Positions 28,925 to 38,907 of a stretch of DNA of 64,000 nucleotides are shown one piece after another. Origin of the DNA: Candidatus Poribacteria bacterium (lineage in GTDB: Bacteria > Poribacteria > WGA-4E > WGA-3G); NCBI GenBank assembly GCA_965197475.1, contig CBDANF010000003.1, positions 3,936,001 through 4,000,000 on the forward strand. Reading direction: 5' to 3'. The translations under genes and the position numbers were made by a program. Under the pieces are notes generated by a model. It did not search any database. It was not told where the DNA came from and worked only from the letters and a program-made list of their open reading frames with translations. The stretch's first letter is position 1, and each line of letters starts with the position of its first letter.

Positions 28925-29767
28925 ATGTTCAGTATCGCAGAGATTTTTTATCTTGTTTTCAGCCAACTCGCGGTAGGTGGGGTTGCTGTTATGTTTCTCA
29001 TACCGAAAGGTGTGGTCGGTGCAAACTATTATCGGTTGATGGGAGGCATGTATCTACTCGTGAGTGGATTAGCACGTTGTGCTAATCTTTACCTTAATGA
29101 GCAACCCGTAACATTTACTAATTTTTTCGGGTTTTGGCAGAACGTTGAATCCGTTCTCGTACTAAGTTTCGTTCTTATTATCTTTGGTTATACGCTGAGT
29201 TGGTGGTTCAAATCGTCTATACTCACTGAGATACTATTCTATAGCGGAATTCTCAGCGGTAGTGTTTGGATATTTTTTAGTGCGCTACACTATTTTGAAA
29301 CCGTTCAATTTCCCGGTGGACAAGTTTTGTTGCCTATACAATTCCTTGTGTCAGCAGTCTTACTTGGGATAGTTCATACAGGGATGTGGTTTGGACATTG
29401 GTATCTTGTCACACCTGAATTGCCTGTGGCTTATCTGAGACGGTTTAACACTGTTTTGTTAGGGACACTTGTTTTGTCAATCTCTCTGTTCTGTGTAAAT
29501 ATGTTTTTTAGGTTGCAAGCCCAAGATCTTGTGCCTTTTAACTTTCATTATCAACTCATCTTTTGGATACGGTTAGGAATTGGGTTTGGCGGCACACTGC
29601 TTCTTTATTTTATTACATGGGATTGTTTGCGTCCCAAATCTGTTGAGCTTGATGAAGTTGGAGCAACGCGAGCATCGACCGGTTTTCTTTTCATTGCGAT
29701 AATTACGGTGTTTTTGGGTGAGTTTTGTAGTCGGTATCTGTTTTTATCAATGCGGTTTATTTTTTAA
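28925..29767 (+). CDS. Polytopic membrane protein of unknown function
   Basis: About 8 TM segments; conserved-looking GMWFGHWYL and ATRASTG motifs. Confidence 0.75.
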   Translation: MFSIAEIFYLVFSQLAVGGVAVMFLIPKGVVGANYYRLMGGMYLLVSGLARCANLYLNEQPVTFTNFFGFWQNVESVLVLSFVLIIFGYTLSWWFKSSILTEILFYSGILSGSVWIFFSALHYFETVQFPGGQVLLPIQFLVSAVLLGIVHTGMWFGHWYLVTPELPVAYLRRFNTVLLGTLVLSISLFCVNMFFRLQAQDLVPFNFHYQLIFWIRLGIGFGGTLLLYFITWDCLRPKSVELDEVGATRASTGFLFIAIITVFLGEFCSRYLFLSMRFIF

Positions 29768-30003
29768 AAGCGGCGGATTTGCTAAATCCGATTTGTTGGG
29801 TGTGACACTGCGAAATATCAGAGCCATTCTGTGTTGATTTGGCGTAATCCGAGATTCTGACGGTACGCTGCGTGTACCTGCTACTTTTAACAGATGAACC
29901 GCAAAAGGTTTTGAAAATTGCAACTATATATGATATACTTTCTGCATCCCCTCATAGACACATTTCAGAGACCACCTAAGAATTTCTAACACGGGAGCGT
30001 TTT

Positions 30004-31149
30004 ATGAAGACAGTCTCTTTAAAAGGTTATGTGAGAAATGTAAAATACAAACCTTTTCTGGGAAAGGAAAGATTGAAGTGTCACGATATTGCCCAATTTG
30101 ATATAAACAAGGCGGGTGCTTACGGGTTGATTAACTTAGGGACTTCAGGAAACAATCTCGCATACTCACAATGGAAAACTCCAAAACGAACCCGAACGTA
30201 TCCTTTTCCACGTATATATAACACGTATGGTCTCAATACAAAAAGAGTCACGATTATACCGATTATCAAAGACGAGGGTGCTGACACAAATAATGACCGG
30301 ATCAACTTCATCACATTCTCATGGATGAATCTGCTGAATGTCTATATCATCTTGGCTTGGTATGATGACGCAAAGAGAAAAGCAGGATCGACAAACAGAA
30401 TCACTGACCAAGTGCTAAACGCTGAAAGTGTGCAAGAAAAGTTGCTTGAGATAAGTCGGTATCAGACAACTGCATTGCACTGGAATACAACGCATTTTAA
30501 GAGTGATTTTGAGAAAGTTTATTTAAATGCCGTTGCCAGTTATGAAAAAATATCGCGTGAAAAAAAGGTTGATCTACACAATCCACAAGACCACTTAGAC
30601 ACACTCGAAAAATTCAAAGTTGACAATAAATTTGATCTTGAGGCTTTCAAACGGGAAACGCTCTCTTCATCACAGAAAGCCGCGCTTCGAGAAACATTGA
30701 CGGTGCATAAACTTGAATCTCTGGATGATAATCCTAAAGGGGTTTTCTCTATTTTAAATGATCTCGGAGGGGAATATCATTTAACGGCAGATGAAATTTA
30801 TTGGGAGAACAACAAATTAGTCATACAAGAGTCTAAAAATACAACTAAAGAAAAACTTCCATCTAATGTTGACATAATAGACGGTTTGTTCAAACTCATC
30901 CTTTTCGTGAATATGGAACAAGTAAATGTTGATGACAAGACAGATGTCCCGTTTATCACCCGTTTAAAACTGACTGGTAATCTGACGGGAACTTTAAATC
31001 TACCTTGTGCCGATGATCTCGTTTCTGGTTTCTGCAAAGAGAATAAACTAACACCTGCAAAACAGAAAACAATAACACTGCTCAACAAGGAAGCAGAAGA
31101 AAACAATTTACAAATTTGGATTACAAGAAGCAATGCTAAAAACAGTTAA
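30004..31149 (+). CDS. Putative type II restriction endonuclease (PD-(D/E)xK-like)
   Basis: TADE...IQESKN candidate catalytic motif; overlaps the adenine methyltransferase start by 17 bp. Confidence 0.6.
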   Translation: MKTVSLKGYVRNVKYKPFLGKERLKCHDIAQFDINKAGAYGLINLGTSGNNLAYSQWKTPKRTRTYPFPRIYNTYGLNTKRVTIIPIIKDEGADTNNDRINFITFSWMNLLNVYIILAWYDDAKRKAGSTNRITDQVLNAESVQEKLLEISRYQTTALHWNTTHFKSDFEKVYLNAVASYEKISREKKVDLHNPQDHLDTLEKFKVDNKFDLEAFKRETLSSSQKAALRETLTVHKLESLDDNPKGVFSILNDLGGEYHLTADEIYWENNKLVIQESKNTTKEKLPSNVDIIDGLFKLILFVNMEQVNVDDKTDVPFITRLKLTGNLTGTLNLPCADDLVSGFCKENKLTPAKQKTITLLNKEAEENNLQIWITRSNAKNS

Positions 31150-31966
31150 AAGCCCACTGCGGTACCCTGGTGGGAAATCAAGAGCAATAAAACAGATTCT
31201 CCCATTGATTCCTACAAAGATAACCGAGTTCCGTGAACCTTTTGTTGGTGGGGGTTCCGTCTTCTTTGCTATCCGAAGCATTTTTGGTGACAATATCAAA
31301 TCGTATTGGATTAATGACTTGAACTATGATCTATACTGTTTCTGGAAACAGGTAAGGGATAACGTTTCTGATCTCGTTGATGAACTGACAAAAATACACA
31401 CAACCACCAAAGACGGTCGCGCTTTATTTCAGGAATTGGCGAAGGACAGGGATTTACTGTGCAACGACAAGGACATGCTCTCCGAATTTGAGCGGGCAGT
31501 GCGGTTTTTTGTCTTGAATCGCATTACATTTTCGGGTGTCGTGGATTCAGGAGGATATTCGCAAGGCGCTTATGAGAAACGTTTCACGCGATCATCCATT
31601 GCTCGGGTAGAAATGATTTCGCACACGCTTTCTGGAGTCAAAATCACGAATGAAGATTACACAGAAAGTCTTTTTGATAGTAACAACGATGTCTTTATTT
31701 TTCTTGACCCACCCTATTGGAAAGCGACAGAATCAAAGTTATACGGAACGCGAGGCACTTTACACACCACTTTTAACCACAAGCAGTTCTCCGAAAATAT
31801 AAAAAAGTGTAAGCATAAATGGCTCATCACTTACGACGACTCGCCAATGATTCGTAAACTATTTGATTTTGCTGATGTTTGCGAATGGACCCTACAATAC
31901 GGGATGAACAATTATCGTAAAGATTCAGCAGCTAAAGGGAAAGAGTTATTCATCAAAAATTACTAA
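31133..31966 (+). CDS. Dam/D12-class N6-adenine DNA methyltransferase
   Basis: SPLRYPGGKS, EPFVGGGSV, INDLN, FLDPPY, ITYDD. Confidence 0.93.
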   Translation: MLKTVKSPLRYPGGKSRAIKQILPLIPTKITEFREPFVGGGSVFFAIRSIFGDNIKSYWINDLNYDLYCFWKQVRDNVSDLVDELTKIHTTTKDGRALFQELAKDRDLLCNDKDMLSEFERAVRFFVLNRITFSGVVDSGGYSQGAYEKRFTRSSIARVEMISHTLSGVKITNEDYTESLFDSNNDVFIFLDPPYWKATESKLYGTRGTLHTTFNHKQFSENIKKCKHKWLITYDDSPMIRKLFDFADVCEWTLQYGMNNYRKDSAAKGKELFIKNY

Positions 31967-32089
31967 TAAATCAGGAAACATCCGTAGGTTTGGTAGATCA
32001 GATTTGTATCTGGTGAAATATAAATTTTATTGTAAATTTAACGCAAGTATGTTAAACTAACGGTATTCATTAAAGTTAGGAGGCGCATA

Positions 32090-33160
32090 ATGAAATCCCA
32101 AATTTTCTATGAACCTGAATCGATGAATCTTGAAGACCGACCCGTGCCTACTCACGGTGATGCAGACCTGTTAGTGCAAGTCCGTTCAGTAGGCATTTGC
32201 GGTTCGGATGTAGCTTACTATTTCGGAAATAGTTCACTTGAAACAGACGATGGCAAAGGTCCGTTAATCCTCGGTCACGAATTTACTGGTGAAGTCGTCG
32301 AGGTTGGTAGCGACGCAGCGAAAACAGGTGGATTTAAAGTCGGCGACAGAGTTGTCGTCAATCCTGTCCAATCAAACCCAAATTCTTTTTGGAGTAAAAA
32401 AGGGTTGTCCAACCTGTGTCCAGAAAAACGTATCTTAGGTGTAGGTGTTGATGGCGGCTTTGCGGAATACGCTGTCTCTGACTACCGTTGGACGGTAAAA
32501 CTACCCGAAAACGTTACGTACGAGCAGGGGGCACTCACTGAACCTCTTGCATGCGGATTATACGCTGTTAACAATCTCAAAGCAGAAGCAGGGCAAACTG
32601 CTGTTGTCTTTGGACCCGGTCCAATCGGTCTGATGATGGTACAAGTTCTTAAAAGCCGTGGCTTGAAAAACGTGCTGCTTGTTGGGACTCGCGACTATCG
32701 TTTAGACTGTGGTAAAGACCTTGGTGCGGACGTAGTTGTTAACGTCAAAGATACCGACTCACCGCACTATGTTGAAGACCTCGGTGCAGCAATTCAAGAA
32801 CTCAATAATGGTGAATTGGCAGACCGGGCAATTACGGCAACGAGCTCGCTTGATGCCATTCATACCGCACTTGAAGTTACGGGTAGACACGCAACCGTCG
32901 TAATCTTTGGACTTCCTGGCGATAAAGATGTCATGCAAGTTCCTATCCTTGACACCATCCTCATGGATAAAACCATTAGGTTCTCATGGTTAGCACCCGA
33001 TACATGGGAAGAGGCTGTTCAACTCATTTCGAGTGGCGATGTTAACATGGACAAAATCATTAGTCACGAGTTTCCACTTGAATCACTTGTTGAAGGAATT
33101 ACAAAGGTCCGCAATCGAGAAGATAGCTGCACTAAAGGGTTGATAAAGGTATCTTCTTAA
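32090..33160 (+). CDS. Zinc-dependent (MDR) polyol/alcohol dehydrogenase
   Basis: GICGSD, ILGHEFTG, EPLAC, FGPGPIG. Confidence 0.92.
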   Translation: MKSQIFYEPESMNLEDRPVPTHGDADLLVQVRSVGICGSDVAYYFGNSSLETDDGKGPLILGHEFTGEVVEVGSDAAKTGGFKVGDRVVVNPVQSNPNSFWSKKGLSNLCPEKRILGVGVDGGFAEYAVSDYRWTVKLPENVTYEQGALTEPLACGLYAVNNLKAEAGQTAVVFGPGPIGLMMVQVLKSRGLKNVLLVGTRDYRLDCGKDLGADVVVNVKDTDSPHYVEDLGAAIQELNNGELADRAITATSSLDAIHTALEVTGRHATVVIFGLPGDKDVMQVPILDTILMDKTIRFSWLAPDTWEEAVQLISSGDVNMDKIISHEFPLESLVEGITKVRNREDSCTKGLIKVSS

Positions 33161-33173
33161 GTCGGTATAGAAC

Positions 33174-33518
33174 ATGGGCATACCATTTTTTATTGTTTTT
33201 GCCTTATCAATCGTTTTTTTATCGCTCGGAATGACTGGGTGGGGTGACCTTGTATCGGTTGAGTGGCCTGAGCAGAACCCATCTGCTGCGACCGTCGACG
33301 AAGTAGTTGTCACCCCTTACCTCGGTTTAAAACTAAATTATCGTGCGATTGCACAGTGCTTAACTGGTTTTCTACTATTTTTGGTGAGTCTCTATGTTAT
33401 GGGGTTTTTACTCTATCTTGAAGAGCGGGAAAGCGGCAGGATTATGAAAAACGTTAAAAGTTTTGCTAAACTACGGCAGTTTCTGGAACGGCGACAGAAG
33501 AGAGGTTTATCTCAATGA
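33174..33518 (+). CDS. Hypothetical membrane protein
   Basis: Two hydrophobic segments; co-oriented 13 bp after the dehydrogenase. Confidence 0.55.
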   Translation: MGIPFFIVFALSIVFLSLGMTGWGDLVSVEWPEQNPSAATVDEVVVTPYLGLKLNYRAIAQCLTGFLLFLVSLYVMGFLLYLEERESGRIMKNVKSFAKLRQFLERRQKRGLSQ

Positions 33519-33650
33519 ATCTCTCACAACAACTTGAAATGATAAGGGACGCGATAGGTAAGCATACAGGATTGTTGCGGAAGAATCCACAGGCAAACTC
33601 GTAACAGTATGTGGCAGGTTAAAGTGTGTTAGAAAGGTTTAACCTACTTA

Positions 33651-34739
33651 ATGAAATTACAATTAAAAAATGATTTACTTCTTCGCGCATCAAGATGTCT
33701 GCCAGTAGAACGCGTGCCTGTGTGGATGATGCGGCAGGCTGGAAGGTCAGACCCTCTTTATCGGCAAATTCGAGAAAACCTTAACCTCCCGTTGGAACGC
33801 CTGTTCCGAACTTGTCCTACCCCGATGTCACATACCGATGTAGAACATGCGGTCAAAATATCGCTTCTTCCCAAGCGCATCGGTGTAGATGCCATTATTG
33901 TATATAAAGATATTCTGACACCACTTTCACCGATGGGCGCGCACTTCCGATTTTCACCCGGTCCCGTTTTAAGCCAGCCGATACGAACACAATCACAAGT
34001 AGAAGCACTTAAGCCACTAGATGAACCACCTGTACAATTAGAGTACACCGGACATGTTATTCGCACACTACGTGAAACCTTGAATGGAGAACTACCGCTG
34101 GTCGGTTTTGCTGGTGCGCCTTTAACACTTGCATTTTTCCTTATTGCGGGGGAAAGCCCAATGAAAAAAGGTGCTGGAATATCGGACAAAGCAACACCAG
34201 TTTTTGAAATGATGGAAGAAACATCAGAACTTCTGCATAATCTATTAAATAAATTGACTGCGATGACAATTGAATATTTGAATTACCAAATTAGCGAAGG
34301 TGCTCAGATTGTTCAACTGTTTGAGTCAATCGCAGATGTGTTATCGCGGGAGATGTATGAAAATTTCGCGTTTCCGTATCATCAAAGGATTTTCGCTGAA
34401 CTCAATTCAGACGCACCGGGAATTCTCTTCGCGAAAGAGTGTTCTTATGTAGATTTAATGCATCAAAGCGGTGCAGATGTGCTGAGCATCGGAAAATGCG
34501 TAGACCTCAGAAAAGCCAAAACGGAAACAGGTGGTTCAGTCGCCTTTCAGGGAAATGTTGATAACGATATCCTCCGCGACGGGACCTGTGCTGATATAAC
34601 AGAAGTTGTGCGTACTTGTTTAGAACAAGGTGGCAAGACAGGACATATCCTAAATCTTAGTCATGGACTTCATAGAGACACACCTTTTGAAAACGTAAAA
34701 CATTTCGTAAATATCGCAAAAAAACTTCAGGGTAATTGA
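33651..34739 (+). CDS. hemE: Uroporphyrinogen decarboxylase
   Basis: PVWMMRQAGR, DIL, GFAGAP, QLFES, QGNVD, NLSHG. Confidence 0.95.
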   Translation: MKLQLKNDLLLRASRCLPVERVPVWMMRQAGRSDPLYRQIRENLNLPLERLFRTCPTPMSHTDVEHAVKISLLPKRIGVDAIIVYKDILTPLSPMGAHFRFSPGPVLSQPIRTQSQVEALKPLDEPPVQLEYTGHVIRTLRETLNGELPLVGFAGAPLTLAFFLIAGESPMKKGAGISDKATPVFEMMEETSELLHNLLNKLTAMTIEYLNYQISEGAQIVQLFESIADVLSREMYENFAFPYHQRIFAELNSDAPGILFAKECSYVDLMHQSGADVLSIGKCVDLRKAKTETGGSVAFQGNVDNDILRDGTCADITEVVRTCLEQGGKTGHILNLSHGLHRDTPFENVKHFVNIAKKLQGN

Positions 34740-36196
34740 TGCAAAATATACAAGAAAATCCTTTCGCACCACGTCAGTATGGACAACTTGTTAAGGTAAC
34801 AGATCAAGTTTATCTGTTTCGTAATATCGTCAACTCCTCTATTATTATAGGGGATAACGGTGTTGCCGTAGTTGATACGCAGGTAAATCAGACGATGGGA
34901 AAACGACTCCTCAACGCAATTCGAACTATCACAGATAAACCGATATTATATGCAATTAATACACATTATCATTGGGATCATACAAATGGGAACATAATTT
35001 TTCGTCAAGAAGGGGCGACCGTTATAGCACGAGAGATGACGAAAGACTTTATGGTGAATAGGGCACCGCGTCAGGAGGCGTTTTTGCGTTCTCGCGGTTT
35101 CAGTCTTGGTGATCCTCCGTTTCTTCCACAGCAGACGTTCACCCATGAAACCGAACTTGATTTAGGCAATCAACCCTTGCACCTCATTCACTTAGGGAAA
35201 GCAGAAACTGATGACGCGAGTGCCATCAGGATTCCAGCAGAAGGGTGTATCGTTTCTGGTGACACAGTTATGACAGGAAGTTTTCCTATTTTTGGGCAAC
35301 CCGTCATGAATGAGGGGCTTATGGCAAACCACGATTGGATCAATACTATCAAAGAACTTCGCACTTATGCCCCAGAACATGTGCTACCCGGACACGGACC
35401 TTTAGCCCACGATGCTGAAATAGACCTATTGCTCAAAATTGAGTCCTATTTCCTTACAGAAGTACGGAAACGGGTTGAACAAGGCATGTCTTTGGCAGAA
35501 TTGTTAACGGACATGGAAGGCAACTTGCCGAACTGGATTCGGGATATTGCGGAAGTTTGGGGAACACCCCGTTATGCGATTCTACGTGTATATCGCGGGT
35601 TGATTGACGACCCTGAGCCGGGTTGGCAACACTTCAAACCGTCTGTTATTCCAACAGCAGGGACTAAGATTCTTAAACAACGCACACAAGAACTGAAGGA
35701 CTTTGAGGCATATCGTGAAACTGCAGAAGAAGTTGCAGAAGGCAACGACTTAGGATTAGCTATTGCTATTTTGAAATCCGCAACCGAAAAATTTTCCAAC
35801 CTACCAGAGGCATGGACAGAATATGCAGACTTACTTACACAAGCATCTCGCACCGTGTCAAGTGTGCTTGAGAAGGGGGATTTTTTCTATGAGGCAAAAA
35901 ATGCACTTAACACTGCCCTTGAAATAGACCCTGATTATGCTCCTGCACACCTTTTGCACGGAGCCAACTACATCTTCTCAGCTTTTCGGAATGGTGATGA
36001 TCCGACACCTGGTATGGGATCAATTTATAAAGCCTTAGTTAGTGGAATTCAAGGCACGCAGCTTGCACAAGCATACTTTTTCATCGGACTTGCGCATCGC
36101 ACAAATTCCAATGAAAAACTTGCACATGAAGCATTTGCACAGGCAATTGTTATTGACCCACGGTTTATGCCAGCACAAATGGCAAATATGGCATAG
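34739..36196 (+). CDS. MBL-fold metallo-hydrolase fused to C-terminal TPR repeats
   Basis: NTHYHWDHTNG (HxHxDH), SGD, PGHG; C-terminal ALEIDPDYAPAH / AIVIDPRF TPR-like helices. TGATG coupling to hemE. Confidence 0.85.
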   Translation: MQNIQENPFAPRQYGQLVKVTDQVYLFRNIVNSSIIIGDNGVAVVDTQVNQTMGKRLLNAIRTITDKPILYAINTHYHWDHTNGNIIFRQEGATVIAREMTKDFMVNRAPRQEAFLRSRGFSLGDPPFLPQQTFTHETELDLGNQPLHLIHLGKAETDDASAIRIPAEGCIVSGDTVMTGSFPIFGQPVMNEGLMANHDWINTIKELRTYAPEHVLPGHGPLAHDAEIDLLLKIESYFLTEVRKRVEQGMSLAELLTDMEGNLPNWIRDIAEVWGTPRYAILRVYRGLIDDPEPGWQHFKPSVIPTAGTKILKQRTQELKDFEAYRETAEEVAEGNDLGLAIAILKSATEKFSNLPEAWTEYADLLTQASRTVSSVLEKGDFFYEAKNALNTALEIDPDYAPAHLLHGANYIFSAFRNGDDPTPGMGSIYKALVSGIQGTQLAQAYFFIGLAHRTNSNEKLAHEAFAQAIVIDPRFMPAQMANMA

Positions 36197-36204
36197 GAGG
36201 CAAA

Positions 36205-37146
36205 ATGAAATATGATAGCGTTTTACTTGTAGCATTCGGCGGACCAACCCCCGGATGTTGTAAAAAATATGATACCGATAATTGTCCCGGTGAAGCATAC
36301 TGTTTTGTTGAAGGAATTGCCGGTGAAGATGAATCTCAAAAAGAACGTGTAAAAGACATCTCATCCCATTACATAAAATTGGGTGGATTTTCGCCATTCA
36401 ACGAATTGACTTATAAACAAGCCAAAGCATTAGAAAAGGCACTACAACACAATCTGCCATTACCTGTTTACGCAGGATTTAGGCATTGGACACCTTATTT
36501 AAAGGAAGTCATTGCTGAAATGGCAAAAAAGGGACACCGCAAAATACTCGGTATTATCATGGCACCGCACCAATCCAAAGTGAGCTGGGAATGGTACCAA
36601 CTGGCAGTTGAAAAAGGAATTGACGCAGTCGAAGGTGAGAAACCGACAATTGATTATCTTGACCCTTGGTACACGCACAACGGATATGTCGGTGCCATCG
36701 CTGAAATTATCAAAACAACGTGTGGCGATAAGTTAGAACGTGCTGAACTGGTGTTCACAGCACATGCAATTCCCCAAGTCTCAGCGGACACCTCACCTTA
36801 CTCACAACAGTTTGAAATGACCGGCGAAGCAGTTGCACAAGAGATTGGTAAAAAACGTTTCAACTTCGCATATCAGAGCGAGGTTGAAAACAGTCCAATC
36901 CCATGGACACAACCCGATATCAATGATTGGCTTAAAGCAAAGAACGCAGAAGGTGTTGACACTGTTGTTGCGTCCCCTATCGGATTCCTCTGTGACCACG
37001 TTGAGGTGCTATATGACCTTGACATAGAGGCAACGGAAACAGCGGATACTTACGGGATTGATTTTATTCGGGCAGGCACTGTCGGTGACCATCCCAAATT
37101 TATTAATATGCTTGCAGGTTTTGTCTGTGAAAAGTCTGAGAAATAG
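36205..37146 (+). CDS. hemH: Ferrochelatase (coproporphyrin/protoporphyrin)
   Basis: LLVAFGGP, GGFSP, RHWTPY, VFTAHAIP, AYQS, WTQPD, PIGFLCDHVEVLYDLD. Confidence 0.93.
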   Translation: MKYDSVLLVAFGGPTPGCCKKYDTDNCPGEAYCFVEGIAGEDESQKERVKDISSHYIKLGGFSPFNELTYKQAKALEKALQHNLPLPVYAGFRHWTPYLKEVIAEMAKKGHRKILGIIMAPHQSKVSWEWYQLAVEKGIDAVEGEKPTIDYLDPWYTHNGYVGAIAEIIKTTCGDKLERAELVFTAHAIPQVSADTSPYSQQFEMTGEAVAQEIGKKRFNFAYQSEVENSPIPWTQPDINDWLKAKNAEGVDTVVASPIGFLCDHVEVLYDLDIEATETADTYGIDFIRAGTVGDHPKFINMLAGFVCEKSEK

Positions 37147-37213
37147 GATTACGTTTTATAGTAAAGTCTATAAATTATTAATACCTTTTGGGCACGTGGC
37201 AATTTCAACGCAT

Positions 37214-37365
37214 TTTTGTGAATGTAAGAGGCGCAATGAATTGCGCGAGGACAAACGCATCAACTGAATAGAGAATGTGCAGTTGTTTTAAATTCACTAT
37301 AATTGTCCTAACCTTTTGTGAATGTAAGAGGCGCAATGAATTGCGCGAGGACAAACGCATCAACT
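37214..37365. repeat. Exact 52-bp direct repeat pair of a REP-like unit (period 100 bp)
   Basis: TTTTGTGAATGTAAGAGGCGCAATGAATTGCGCGAGGACAAACGCATCAACT at 37214-37265 and 37314-37365; the core recurs at ~39987-40018. Confidence 0.85.
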
Positions 37366-37391
37366 CAGTTGGCATTCTAAGGAATACTGTG

Positions 37392-38828
37392 ATGGCACAA
37401 GAACAGAAACGTGCAATCGTTATTGGTGGTGGAATCACAGGTTTAGCTGCTGCCTATCGTCTGAAACGTGAAGCTGAAAAAAGAGGCATTCCGCTTGCGC
37501 TTACACTACTTGAAGCGAGCGATAGGATTGGTGGCGTTATTCAAACTGAACACCGAGATGGATTCGTCATTGAGCACGGTCCTGATGCATTTATCTCAAC
37601 AAAACCGTGGGCTAAAGCACTGTGCGAAGAACTCGGTATTGCCGACAAATTGATAGGCACAAATCCAAAGGTGAGGCGAAGTTTTGTCCTTCGTAACGGC
37701 AAATTAGTTCCGGTCCCCGAAGGCTTTTACATGATGGCACCGGGATCGTTCGGACCTTTCTTGAAAAGCCCTATCTTCAGTTGGCGAGGTAAATTTCGGA
37801 TAGTTTTGGATCTATTTATCTCACGCCAAAGCGATATTGATGATGAATCGGTTGCAGATTTCGTTAGACGTAGACTCGGTAACGAGGCATTTAAACGTAT
37901 GGCACAACCGATGATAGGCGGCATCTACACATCAGATGCAGAAAACCTAAGCCTGAAAGCAACGTTTCCACGATTTTTGGAAATGGAACGGGAACACGGA
38001 AGCATCATCAGGGCACTTTTAGCACAAAAACGGAAGTCTACCCAAACCAGCCGTGGGACAAGCGGACCGCGCTATAGTCTGTTTTTATCTTTTGCAACCG
38101 GGATGCAGGCGTTGGTAGACACGCTTGCTGATAATCTCTTTGGATGTATCCGTTTGCATTCTTGTGTTACTGCTATTCAGAAAAAAGAGAGTGAAATGAG
38201 TTGGCGCGTTTGCCTTAATAATGCCGAGATGTTAGAGGCGGATATGCTTTGCATCGCACTCCCTGCACCACAAACAAGCAAGGTTTTGTCAACAGTTTCA
38301 ACGCCCCTTGCCAAAAAGTTATCTGCTATTCCTTACACATCATCTGCAACGGTTAATCTGGCTTTCCGCCGTGAGGATGTCCAACACCTACTCAATGGGA
38401 TGGGGTTTGTTGTCCCCCTGACAGAGCAACTTAACCTTATTGGATGTTCGTTTAGTAGTGTTAAATTTGAAAATCGTGCTCCTGCAGATCATGTGTTGCT
38501 GCGTGCATTTGTAGGCGAAAACTCCAATAGCATTAAAGGTAACACGAAAGAAAGCACGAATCAGAAGGATATAATCTATACTGTACTTAAAGACGTAACG
38601 AAGTTGCTTGGAATTGAAGCAGAACCTATTTTTTCAATCGTTAGCCAACATTCACAGGCCATGGCACAGTATCTGGTCGGACACCAAAAACTTGTCCGTG
38701 AGATTGAAGAACTCGCAAAAGGCTTGTCCGGTCTTGCTTTAGCAGGTAATGCTTATCACGGTATCGGTATTCCAGATTGTATAAACAGTGGCGAACAAGC
38801 AGCATTAACCTTGCTTGATACGATATAG
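37392..38828 (+). CDS. hemY: HemY-type coproporphyrinogen/protoporphyrinogen oxidase
   Basis: IGGGITGL FAD motif, EHGPDAF, GGIY, GMGFVVP, GIGIPDCI. Confidence 0.92.
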   Translation: MAQEQKRAIVIGGGITGLAAAYRLKREAEKRGIPLALTLLEASDRIGGVIQTEHRDGFVIEHGPDAFISTKPWAKALCEELGIADKLIGTNPKVRRSFVLRNGKLVPVPEGFYMMAPGSFGPFLKSPIFSWRGKFRIVLDLFISRQSDIDDESVADFVRRRLGNEAFKRMAQPMIGGIYTSDAENLSLKATFPRFLEMEREHGSIIRALLAQKRKSTQTSRGTSGPRYSLFLSFATGMQALVDTLADNLFGCIRLHSCVTAIQKKESEMSWRVCLNNAEMLEADMLCIALPAPQTSKVLSTVSTPLAKKLSAIPYTSSATVNLAFRREDVQHLLNGMGFVVPLTEQLNLIGCSFSSVKFENRAPADHVLLRAFVGENSNSIKGNTKESTNQKDIIYTVLKDVTKLLGIEAEPIFSIVSQHSQAMAQYLVGHQKLVREIEELAKGLSGLALAGNAYHGIGIPDCINSGEQAALTLLDTI

Positions 38829-38907
38829 AGCAAGTAGATCGGGCGGACAAAGCCCCCAACAAGAGTTGCATCAATGCCGCTTGATACAATTATATAGAGG
38901 GATAGAG

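Noticed and set aside
28735-29085. 116-aa ORF MSHLRRNIVGATSWSRPGGRSY
   Set aside because: Reads through a REP palindrome and MITE and overlaps the real membrane-protein gene out of frame.
37214-37365. Possible mini CRISPR array
   Set aside because: Only two 52-bp repeats, no cas genes in the window, and the core recurs as a dispersed REP near 39987.
37205-37438. Short ORFs and the N-terminal extension of hemY
   Set aside because: Derived from the duplicated repeat; the real hemY start is most likely ATG 37392.
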